A stretch of 63,452 nucleotides of DNA, the filler included, from Stramenopiles sp. TOSAG23-3 (Eukaryota): the NCBI GenBank assembly GCA_900128585.1. It is 4 parts of 4 records of this genome, joined end to end, with 100 filler letters (N's around TTAATTAATTAA, not from the genome) between each part and the next. Parts side by side here need not be neighbours in the genome. Positions count along the whole stretch, not along the records: positions 29,629 to 59,000 come from LT642238.1; positions 59,101 to 61,226 come from LT645052.1; positions 61,327 to 63,452 come from LT645053.1; 1 more part is not named here. One strand, given 5' to 3'. This document shows, piece after piece, positions 55,107 through 63,452 of the stretch. The position numbers were made by a program, and so were the translations under genes. Numbering within the stretch: the stretch's first letter is position 1; each line of letters opens with the position of its first letter. The notes beneath the pieces were generated by a model. The model searched no databases, had not been told where the DNA came from, and saw nothing but the letters and a program-made list of their open reading frames with translations.

Positions 55107-56856
55107 ATGTCCAAGAACAAACGACCCAACCCACCCTCGCCAGTGTTGTCCCCGACAGCTTGTACCCCGTCGAATACAAAAAAGACTCACCTTAGTAACT
55201 CTCCGGGTGTAAACAAATTCATAGAGCCCGAAGTCCCGATACTTCAACCTCCCCCCAAAAAGAAGAATTCTTCTGCTACCGTTCAGCTGATGACGTTTGA
55301 CAAAATCAAAGCAGGAATAAAGAAGAATGTAGCACCCCCCGCACCACAAGTGCCGAACAGAAACTTAAAAGTACCGACGATAAAATCAAAAGGGGGCAAA
55401 AAAGGTTCAGGCCCTGAGTATCGAGTAAATCCCTCAACCGGTCAAACAGTGGAAGCCGCTGGTGGGCGCTGGAGTAAAGATGAAGATAAGCTTCTGCGAG
55501 ACGCGGTTGAAAAATATGGTCCCAAGAACTGGAAAAAAATCAGCGAAATCGCATTTGGGTGCTCTCGCACGGATGTTCAGTGCTTGCATCGCTGGCAAAA
55601 GGTGTTAAAGCCTGGCCTTGTAAAAGGTCCATGGACGCCTGCTGAAGATAAGATTGTATCTGATCTAGTGCTTAAACATGGTGTTGGTAATATAAAATGG
55701 TCGGTAATCGCAGCGCAACTTCCCGGTCGCCTGGGAAAGCAGGCTCGAGAACGTTGGTACAATCATCTTGATACGTCATTAAATAAAGATCCATGGACCA
55801 AAGAGGAAGATGAAAAACTTATGGCCTTGCAAAAGTCCATGGGTAACCGCTGGTGTGAAATAGCAAAATTGCTGACAGGACGATCTGAAAATGCTGTAAA
55901 AAATAGATGGAATTCGGCAATGCGAAAGCGAGCACAAGCTCTAAAAAACAGCACTGGGGGTGGGTCAAAAAAAAATTCCAAGTCAAAGGCAAGTAAGTCT
56001 TCAAAGGGGAAAAAAGATTCTTCCAAGCAACCTATTGAAAAGAAAAAAACGACAAAAGCTGCAAAAGGATCAAAAAAAAACATCAAGGTCCCAAGCCAAG
56101 AAAGACACCGCTAAGAAAAGTTCAAAAGCCAAAGCATCCTCTGGCACAAGCAAAGCCACAAAAAAACGCGCTGCGAAGAAGAAAACAAAGAAAGAGAATG
56201 AAGACAATAAAAATAACTTCAATTGGGAAGTCGACGACGATATTATGAAAGATTTTAATTTTGACATCGGTTTTGAAGGAGATATGCTCCCAGTAAGATC
56301 TCCCCCCCCCGAGCTTTCGTCCATTACGGCAGACTTCTTTGACTCACCCGAACCGCGTTCTACCACCCCAGCTGGTCAGCAGAAAAGGGGAATAAATAGC
56401 AGCATTGAGTACGATATGAATTGGGCAGAAGCAAAGCTGGATGGTAGGTTGTCCACCGGGTCTGAATTTTCATACTTATTTACGAGCGACGAGAAACGCA
56501 AAAAGAGGATATCGTTGGATAGTGAAATACTGGATGTTTCTGTTTCACCAACCATTGCAGATATGAGTCAGCTGCGCATGAGCGGAAGTGGGAGAAATAT
56601 TAAGGAAGATCGACAAGGTGCAAACTCTTCCCCGATAGGTTTATTCAACAAAAACTTTTCTAAATCGCCAAACAACCCCCGCCTGAGTGTATCTCCATCG
56701 AAATCTAACTTCATATTGTCTGAGGATGTGCTTGACAAAATTTCAGCAAACTGGTCTCCTTCAGATATGATGATGAGCGACGATCTCTTGCGTCAATGTG
56801 ATGTTGATTCACCAATGCGACACCAGGCAGAAAGTGCGAACAGGTATGCCTTGTAG
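55107..56856 (+). CDS. Three-repeat (3R) MYB transcription factor, frameshifted at an A9 run (56072-56080)
   Basis: RWSKDED...NWKKI...RTDVQCLHRWQKVLKPGLVKGPWT...GKQARERWYNHL...PWTKEED...GNRWCEIAKLLTGRSENAVKNRWNS. Deleting one A joins ORF 55107-56114 to ORF 55960-56856. Confidence 0.85.
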
Positions 56857-57009
56857 AGATCGAGGATAATGATGTACAGTCACATGAAGAAAAAAAAACC
56901 TAATTCAGTTTATCTAATTATTAAGTTATCATAGTCACATAAAGGGGAAAAAACCTAAAAATTCAGTTTATTATCATCACATATAATTTGTTTTTTCATA
57001 AAGTCACAT

Positions 57010-57865
57010 AATACATGCGAGAACGAATTTCACACTGACCCGAAATATTCAATCTTGCACGCTGGTCTCTTTGCAGACTCGTTACTAAAATAAAGGACAA
57101 ACCTTATTCCAAGACATGTGCGACAGAATCCACGGGGGCGCGTACGGGAGACAGAGTGAACTCGCACTAATAGCTTGCAACTACAATTTTGGAAATTATT
57201 ATCTTCGAAAATGGCACCCAACATTGGGTACAAAGGCCATCAGGAACCCACCAACAAAAGTACGTTATCGCCCTCAGGTGATGCCGTGAATCAATACACT
57301 ACGACTGGCTGAAACGGATCAACTCCGATGAGCCTAAACGGGTGAATCACCTGCCGGTGTCTCTAAAACTTGGACCAAACTCCATGGACGATGATAATCT
57401 ACCCCCCCCCAACATCACAAGAGCCGAACAGATCCAGGCACCCAAAAAACAAATTTAGCCGCTGTTTGAACTCTGGGGATGATGTGGAAATGGATCCTAC
57501 AGCTACCTCCGCGAAGTGTAACCGAGTGCTTCACAGGCCGGGTTTTCTGGTAATAAAGGGACGATTGATTCTCCAAGTGACTCTGATGAGTTTGGCGAAG
57601 AAGTGATCTACTCACATGAGTCTCCAAAGATGGATGAAATTATCACGGACTTTGACTGGGAATTGGGTCGGTTTGTTGAGTATTGATCACCTTTAACAAG
57701 AAAAGAAATATTATCACTTGGTAGTAATTGTTCATTGGAATATAAATAATTCCTCAGGGATTAAAAAATTAAATTAAAACATCAAGCTAGGTTTAGGTCT
57801 GGAACTGAAATTGTAATTGATATAAAATGAGAGTCTTAAAGCATACTATATAATTTGTTTTTCAT
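57010..57865 (+). mobile_element. Decayed 5'-truncated retroelement-like insertion encoding an OTU-like protease fragment and the family tail motif
   Basis: Across a frameshift and a stop: FQDMCDRIHGGAYGRQSELALIACNYN/LEIIIFENG...YVIALR*CRESIHYDWL; then QAPKKQI-SRC (cf. RAPKQQISRC at 42477). Bracketed by ATATAATTTGTTTTT(T)CATAAAGTCACAT at 56981 and 57848. Confidence 0.6.
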
Positions 57866-57897
57866 AAAGTCACATGAAAAATATAGTTTATCTAATT

Positions 57898-58166
57898 CTC
57901 CGGGGATGACACGGTCTCCGGGAATGACACTTTATTCCAGTCCTCATCACAATCCAGCAGCGAGCAATCATCCAGCATTGCCTCGACCCTAGTAGTGTCA
58001 TCCTCGGATAAAGACACAGCGATACAATCCTCACCTCAATCATCAGAAGACGGGAACCAGAGCATTGGTGTATACCACAGGACGAGATCCCAACTGGCAC
58101 TCCAACGACCCCCCCACAACGACCCTCCCCCGACACCTCAACTCACAAATGGCAACCCCTTAACTG
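57898..58166 (+). mobile_element. Internal fragment of the RLE retroelement ORF tail
   Basis: ATCCAGCATTGCCTCGACCCTAGTAGTG...GATACAATCCTC...GGGAACCAGAGC...CCAACTGGCA...CCTCCCCCGACA aligns with 41840-42105. Confidence 0.8.
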
Positions 58167-58960
58167 ATAAACTAAATTTCCCCTAAATTTCCTATCATCA
58201 TCACGAAGGTTGGTTTGATTAATTCTGTGAAATAATAAGAAAAATCGCAAATCTAGATTTCATCTTTAATCAATTTTGATGTTAATATATTACCTATCAA
58301 CAGTATACTATTGAGTACATAAAATAGTTTAGTCCTAGGAAAATAAATTACACTATTGAGGAGAAAAAAGCAGCAATAATTCATACGAGAGTATGGGAAT
58401 CATATTCATACTAATATGTATACTATGTATAGGATATAATTAATAAAAATCATGGCTCGTTTCGTCTTAATATAAAAATCAATTCTTTCGATTTTTTTAT
58501 GTTTACCCGGACCTGCCATAATTTTAGATAGGAAATCTATTTTAACTACAAAACAAAGTCGAGAAAAAAACAACTTCTATGTTGTGTGGTGTAAATCTCT
58601 AATATGACACAGCGTTGGATCAAAAAAGCAGTTGCTTTTTTATTTTAGCAACCCCCTGGCAAAAAGTTACTATTCTGTATGATGTATATAATAAATAATT
58701 AATGTGAAATGCTTGTGAGTGAATACAATCGTTACGAATAAATACAAAGTCAAACCGCCGCTCTGCCGCGATATTACCATTTTTTTCAAATTCACCCACG
58801 AGCTCTTCTTCAAAGAGAAAATGAAAAATCGGGATGTGTACCCTCCACAACCAGGCATAATTCGAAATAAAACAAAAAATCCAGCAATACTCGTTTTCTC
58901 CGTCCCTACGTATCTCACATCTCGCAACGTACAAAAAGCCTTCCCCTGGTATCTTAAGGC

Positions 58961-59000
<40 letters not shown>

Positions 59001-59100
59001 NNNNNNNNNNNNNNNNNNNNNNNNNNNNNNNNNNNNNNNNNNNNTTAATTAATTAANNNNNNNNNNNNNNNNNNNNNNNNNNNNNNNNNNNNNNNNNNNN
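59001..59100. other. Artificial contig-joining spacer
   Basis: 44 N + TTAATTAATTAA + 44 N. Confidence 0.95.
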
Positions 59101-59101
59101 T

Positions 59102-60442
59102 GGCGACCTTACCATACAGTTTGTCACCAATGGGTTGCGGGCCGTACAAGGAGAAACCGCACAGATCAAAGCCGCCGACTCGGCCAGACACTTTCAAGTT
59201 ACCAGTGGACGCAAACTGACCATGAAATCCCTTGATTTGAATGGCGGGCGTTCCTCGGAAGGAGGATCCATACTGGTCGATAATGGAAACATAGATGCCA
59301 ACAACGTTAAGTTCAGCGATAATGTAGCTACCAGTTCTGGTGGAGCCATTAAAGTCAAGAACACCGCGTCGATCGTTAGTATCAGCAACATCCTGTTCGA
59401 AAACAATCAAGGGTCAGAAGGTGGAGCCTTAGACATACAAGATACCTTGGTACAACAAGCAGAAATTCACTCGTCGGATTTCATGAACAATCGAGCAGCA
59501 AGTGGAAACGGAGGAGCTATTAAGACCAATGCACCGCTGAACATTTCGCTCAGTAACTTTGAAGGAAATCTTGCCAATTCGGGCGAAGGAGGTGGTATCA
59601 CAGCCACCAAGGACATCACCATATCTGGATCCAAGTTCAAAGCCAACAAAGCCATGAAAGGCGGTGCATTGAAATCCGTTGGAAATAAAATAACCATGAG
59701 CAACATGGTCATTGAAGCCAACGAAGCGGTGGAAGACGGCGGAGCCTTTAGTGTAGAAAACGCTGAAGTAGACATCCGAACCTCTACCATCAAAGCAAAC
59801 AAAGCCAAACGTGGCGGTGCCATGAAAATTGTAGCCACAGGCTGTACCACAGACTGCAAGACCATCAAAATTCAACAGTCTACCTTGGAAGCCAACGAAG
59901 CCACCTTAGAAGGAGGAGCAGTTGATCTAGGGGGAGATGCCGGGGCAGAACCACAGTTTTGGGTTCAGGATTCCAACATGAGAGACAACAAAGCCGCGGG
60001 AGCCAGCAATGACTTTAAAAAGCGCCAAAACGCGAAAATCAAAGCCATTGACTCGGAGGTGGAGGCCATTGACGGAGGGGCTGTAGACGCTGCCTGTGAA
60101 GTCAGTCAATGCGATGGAAGGGATCATTCTACCTGTGAAGTCACTGCTACCGGTACTACGTGCGCGTGCGATGGGGTCACTCGATTCCTAGACGGAACAA
60201 GATGCAAAGTGTACAAAACCTGTCCAGAATTGGGGCTGGAAGTTACCATACACAATGGAACCAAAACGCACGACAAACTATGTGGAACACCGGAGATTCA
60301 GAACATTGTCTACAAGTTGGACGATAAAGGAAAGGCGTTGGCAGAAATGATTGAACAGAAGCTTGTTGCGGAAGGGGTAGCAGCAGATCAAGCGTACGCA
60401 CTGGCGGTAGAAGTATTTGGTGAAATTAATAAATGTTCATAG
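59102..60442 (+). CDS. 5'-partial beta-helix protein with Pmp-like GGA(I/L/M/V)/FxxN repeats and Cys-rich C-terminal modules
   Basis: Frame open to the contig start; FSDNVATSSGGAI, FENNQGSEGGAL, FMNNRAASGNGGAI, FKANKAMKGGAL etc.; EGF/TNFR-like Cys region; short helical C-terminus. Confidence 0.75.
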   Translation, partial: GDLTIQFVTNGLRAVQGETAQIKAADSARHFQVTSGRKLTMKSLDLNGGRSSEGGSILVDNGNIDANNVKFSDNVATSSGGAIKVKNTASIVSISNILFENNQGSEGGALDIQDTLVQQAEIHSSDFMNNRAASGNGGAIKTNAPLNISLSNFEGNLANSGEGGGITATKDITISGSKFKANKAMKGGALKSVGNKITMSNMVIEANEAVEDGGAFSVENAEVDIRTSTIKANKAKRGGAMKIVATGCTTDCKTIKIQQSTLEANEATLEGGAVDLGGDAGAEPQFWVQDSNMRDNKAAGASNDFKKRQNAKIKAIDSEVEAIDGGAVDAACEVSQCDGRDHSTCEVTATGTTCACDGVTRFLDGTRCKVYKTCPELGLEVTIHNGTKTHDKLCGTPEIQNIVYKLDDKGKALAEMIEQKLVAEGVAADQAYALAVEVFGEINKCS

Positions 60443-60880
60443 ATTTAATTCTTTTAATCGATAATGTAACTTTAACTTGCTCAATGGCAACCATTTGTAT
60501 TCATGCTTCATCTTGTCCGTACCTTCCATGTCTCCGAAACGCTCCGTGCTCATGTCAAACTCTGAATCCACCTCCACGACAAACAAAAGGTACTTGCTTC
60601 GTTTCCCGTACTTTACTTCGAATTCGGCGGTCTCCAAATACGCAAACAATTTTTTAGAGGCGTCTTCCAAGGTATCGTTACCGAACAATTGCCCGTTCGT
60701 TTCTTCCACCGCTTCACGAACCATCGTGTCCAACAAACAACAGTCTTTCGCGTCGGTTTTACCACCTACATCGCTCCATTTCCCTTTGCAACGACGAAGA
60801 AGGTACGTATCCCCCTTTCTAAACAAGATACCGCACGCACGCACCGGTTTGTTGTTGTAGTAAAATGTTGGTCGGTCCAT
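60437..60880 (-). CDS. NUDIX hydrolase (giant-virus-like)
   Basis: RACGILF...WSDVGGKTDAKDCCLLDTMVREAVEETNG (Nudix box GG..D......REx.EE); ATG at 60880. Confidence 0.8.
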   Translation of the reverse strand: MDRPTFYYNNKPVRACGILFRKGDTYLLRRCKGKWSDVGGKTDAKDCCLLDTMVREAVEETNGQLFGNDTLEDASKKLFAYLETAEFEVKYGKRSKYLLFVVEVDSEFDMSTERFGDMEGTDKMKHEYKWLPLSKLKLHYRLKELNL

Positions 60881-60937
60881 AATTTTAACACACAAATCTA
60901 CATATTTATAGTATATCTTTTAGTCTTGTATAAAGAA

Positions 60938-61226
60938 ATGGCTTCGATCGCTGCCGAAATACCCATCGTACCCGGAGACATTTGGTTTGATACATATGAT
61001 ACATATGCTGTGATAACAAAAATATATGGGACGACGGTAGAGACTAGATGGCTCAAACAGCCAATTGCAGAACTAAAAGCTAAACATAATAGTGATGATG
61101 TCAGCCAGCCCAGTAGACAATTCAGGCTAAACTGGACCTTCCATAAACGTGGAATACGTGTAGGAGATCGCGTGAGTAACAGTGAAGCTTATAGAAATGG
61201 TGATACTAACAACGTAGTAACTGGTA
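60938..61226 (+). CDS. Hypothetical protein, 3'-partial
   Basis: ATG 60938 (MASIAAEIPIVPGDIWFD...), open to the contig end; divergent from the NUDIX gene across 57 AT-rich bp. Confidence 0.5.
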
Positions 61227-61326
61227 NNNNNNNNNNNNNNNNNNNNNNNNNNNNNNNNNNNNNNNNNNNNTTAATTAATTAANNNNNNNNNNNNNNNNNN
61301 NNNNNNNNNNNNNNNNNNNNNNNNNN
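61227..61326. other. Artificial contig-joining spacer
   Basis: 44 N + TTAATTAATTAA + 44 N. Confidence 0.95.
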
Positions 61327-61345
61327 AGTCAGTTGATTCTTCCGA

Positions 61346-61533
61346 AATAAAAACAAAAAATTGGCTATGTTATTGAAAGTGACAAGGGTATATCGACCAG
61401 TAAGACCAAAGGAGCCAATTTACTCTTAAATTAACAGCCAATTTTTTGTTTTTAATTATCTAAATCTAGAGTTCAGTTCGCAGTACATTAATTTTAATTG
61501 TACTTAAATAACAGCCAATCTTCTTGTTTTAAT
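61346..61533 (+). mobile_element. Array of retroelement 3'-end fragments (one inverted)
   Basis: AGTGACAAGGGTATATCG, CAGTTCGCAGTACATTAATTTTAATT, two TAACAGCCAAT...TTGTTTT termini; inverted terminus at 61346-61378. Confidence 0.8.
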
Positions 61534-61583
61534 TATCTTTTCGCGCTTTTCGTCTTTTCGTCTTTTCGTCTTCTCTTTCAAAA

Positions 61584-62522
61584 TCAAAGCGTGTTGTGCA
61601 TGTCGGCTTCCTCAAGCAAGCCACTTCGCTCCGACTCGGACGCTTGGTTCTGCTGCTTGCAATTCGACAGGCGAACCCAAAGTTCGCAAAGTCCAGCATG
61701 GATTGAAAAGAGCAGCAGTAGCAGTAACGGGGACAACATTCGGTCCAACGCTAGAAATGGGTACACCGCCTCGCCAGTTGTAAACCACACGCGCAAAAAG
61801 TCAATCGAGTACAGGCACGGCCACAAACAAACAAAAATCATAAGCTTCCGAACGATCTTGATCGTTGAAAGGTAAAAGTCGGCCGCCAAAAACAGTGTAT
61901 TGAAGACATGCTCGACAATGCTGTCATAACGCAGGTAATGGGCCGCTGCTTTTTTGTGACCGTCATGCTTGATCGAGTTCGGGTACAAGACCAACCACAC
62001 GACCAGCGTCACGATGAGACACGTGGAAAGGGCTACCGCCCCACAGACCAAATGGGCCTTGTTCAGTAGCGTCTGCTCGTAGCTTTGCCCTCCACTCCCG
62101 TGGGACCCCCCCTCTGCAGCCCCCGACTTTTGCCTTTGCATTGACTGGTAGCTTTGAATAGTTCCCATCAAAAAGTACGCGTGAATAAGGTTAAAATTCC
62201 AAAACGTGTACGTATTCCACATCATCCCGTCTTTAGACGCCAAGATAATCTTGGTCCATGTGACTACAATAAACAACCACAAAGCAAGTCGAAAGAAGAA
62301 CAGCGTCCCGGTTGGCACGTTTGTAAGCCTGCTTTCCCCTAACCGAATAGCCTCGCCAGTGTTGCGTTTTACTACGGAAAAGGCTTCATTGAACCCCAGT
62401 GGATCGTCTTCTTCAGATTTGCAAAGCTGGTAGAGTTTGAAGAACAGGAGAAGGAGCAGCACAACGACTAAAGCAACGCAAATAGGGGGGTTGGCTGGGT
62501 AAGAAGAGGGTGCGACGGTCAT
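61584..62522 (-). CDS. Multi-pass membrane protein, rolling stone / FAR-17a-AIG1-like
   Basis: About 7 hydrophobic helices; TYTFWN, IVTLVVWLVLYP, SIVEHVFN, VYPFL; probable ATG 62522. Confidence 0.65.
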   Translation of the reverse strand: MTVAPSSYPANPPICVALVVVLLLLLFFKLYQLCKSEEDDPLGFNEAFSVVKRNTGEAIRLGESRLTNVPTGTLFFFRLALWLFIVVTWTKIILASKDGMMWNTYTFWNFNLIHAYFLMGTIQSYQSMQRQKSGAAEGGSHGSGGQSYEQTLLNKAHLVCGAVALSTCLIVTLVVWLVLYPNSIKHDGHKKAAAHYLRYDSIVEHVFNTLFLAADFYLSTIKIVRKLMIFVCLWPCLYSIDFLRVWFTTGEAVYPFLALDRMLSPLLLLLLFSIHAGLCELWVRLSNCKQQNQASESERSGLLEEADMHNTL

Positions 62523-62830
62523 TGTGTCCTTTGTTTTATACCATATCCCAAGGAATGGGGGGGATGATAACAACGTGCATCGCAATATCAATCGTACAAG
62601 TCTTGAGTACGTGTAAAATGACAAACCATTGGGATTGGGGGGTCAATAATTGCCGTAAGTAAACGAAAGAAAACATATTTTAAATTATTAATTACATTTT
62701 TTGAAGAATAAAATATAATATATTTCTTCTTTCTTCTAAAAAAAAATTAAAATTTTTATTATTATTTTATTTATAGTTGTTGTTGTTGTTATTATACACT
62801 AGTCGTCTACGTACCGTATAGTGTAGCTAT

Positions 62831-62932
62831 GAAAGAAGAAAAAAGAAAGAAGAAAAGAAAGAAGAAAAGAAAGAAGAAAAGAAAGAAGAATAAAAGAAAG
62901 AAGAAGAAAAGAAAGAAGAAAAGAAAGAAAAA

Positions 62933-62966
<34 letters not shown>

Positions 62967-63005
62967 AAGAAAAGAAAGAAAAAAAGGAAGATAAAAAGGA
63001 AGATA

Positions 63006-63036
<31 letters not shown>

Positions 63037-63110
63037 AAGAAGAAAAAATTATAAAAAGAGACGAGGAGAAGAAGAAGATGAAAGACGGGAGGAGGAAGAA
63101 GGAAGGAGGA
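62831..63110. repeat. Purine-rich microsatellite (AAGAAAAGAAAG)n
   Basis: Near-pure A/G tract with 12-nt periodicity. Confidence 0.9.
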
Positions 63111-63452
63111 CTAAAAAAAAATCAAATATTATTATTATTACAACATACAGTAAAGAAAAAAAAATAAATAATAATAAATTCAATCCATCAATCAAAATTA
63201 TTAACGATTGTTGATTATTAGTTAAAGAAATATGTTAGAGATTGTATTAAAATATTGAAATTATAGAAAATGATATTCGGTAGGAAATTATGTATAGAAA
63301 TTGTATTATATATCACTACACCACACCTGCTGTGTGAATTATCTAGTGTTTAAACTTTGGGAAACGTTTTTCTTTTCTTTCCTTCTTTCTTTCTTCTCTC
63401 TCAGGCCCACCTCTTTTGTTTACCTACCGACCATGGCTTCGGTGACCCTTCG

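Noticed and set aside
57325-57350. Possible hammerhead ribozyme core (CCGATGAGCC...GGTGAAT; also CTGATGAG at ~57582), which would suggest Penelope-like elements
   Set aside because: Core mismatches (no CUGANGA plus GAAA pair), no supporting stems, and both lie within a decayed reading frame.
58962-59000. 39-nt poly-C run and poly-Pro ORF
   Set aside because: At a contig end; probably a sequencing or assembly artefact.
62829-63167. 112-aa poly-Lys/Arg ORF
   Set aside because: Translation of a purine microsatellite.

Overview
Eukaryotic DNA from a flagellated protist (probably a heterotrophic stramenopile, judged from gene content; not proven). The window is not contiguous: three 100-nt spacers (N44-TTAATTAATTAA-N44 at 29529-29628, 59001-59100, 61227-61326) join four contigs, and there is one 118-N gap (42509-42626). 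Host contigs carry intron-poor genes between AT-rich, microsatellite-rich spacers: a DEK1-like transmembrane calpain, TTC29, a CW-finger/AT-hook protein, RPT3, a CBP/p300-type HAT, a four-repeat orphan, CFAP157-like and tektin-like proteins, secreted/surface proteins, a bacterial-type M14 carboxypeptidase, AP-3 delta, a 3R-MYB and a rolling-stone/AIG1-like membrane protein. Most notable: (1) a class I-type PI3K fused to three cNMP-binding domains and three SH3 domains; (2) a family of restriction-like-endonuclease non-LTR retroelements with a T-rich terminus, piled in head-to-tail arrays just downstream of gene stop codons, with a related copy encoding an OTU protease fragment; (3) an ELWxxDGT-propeller/TNFR-like type I membrane protein; (4) a 2.1-kb gene-dense contig resembling giant-virus DNA. 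No tRNA, rRNA or CRISPR array was recognised. All family calls come from reading motifs by eye, not from database searches.
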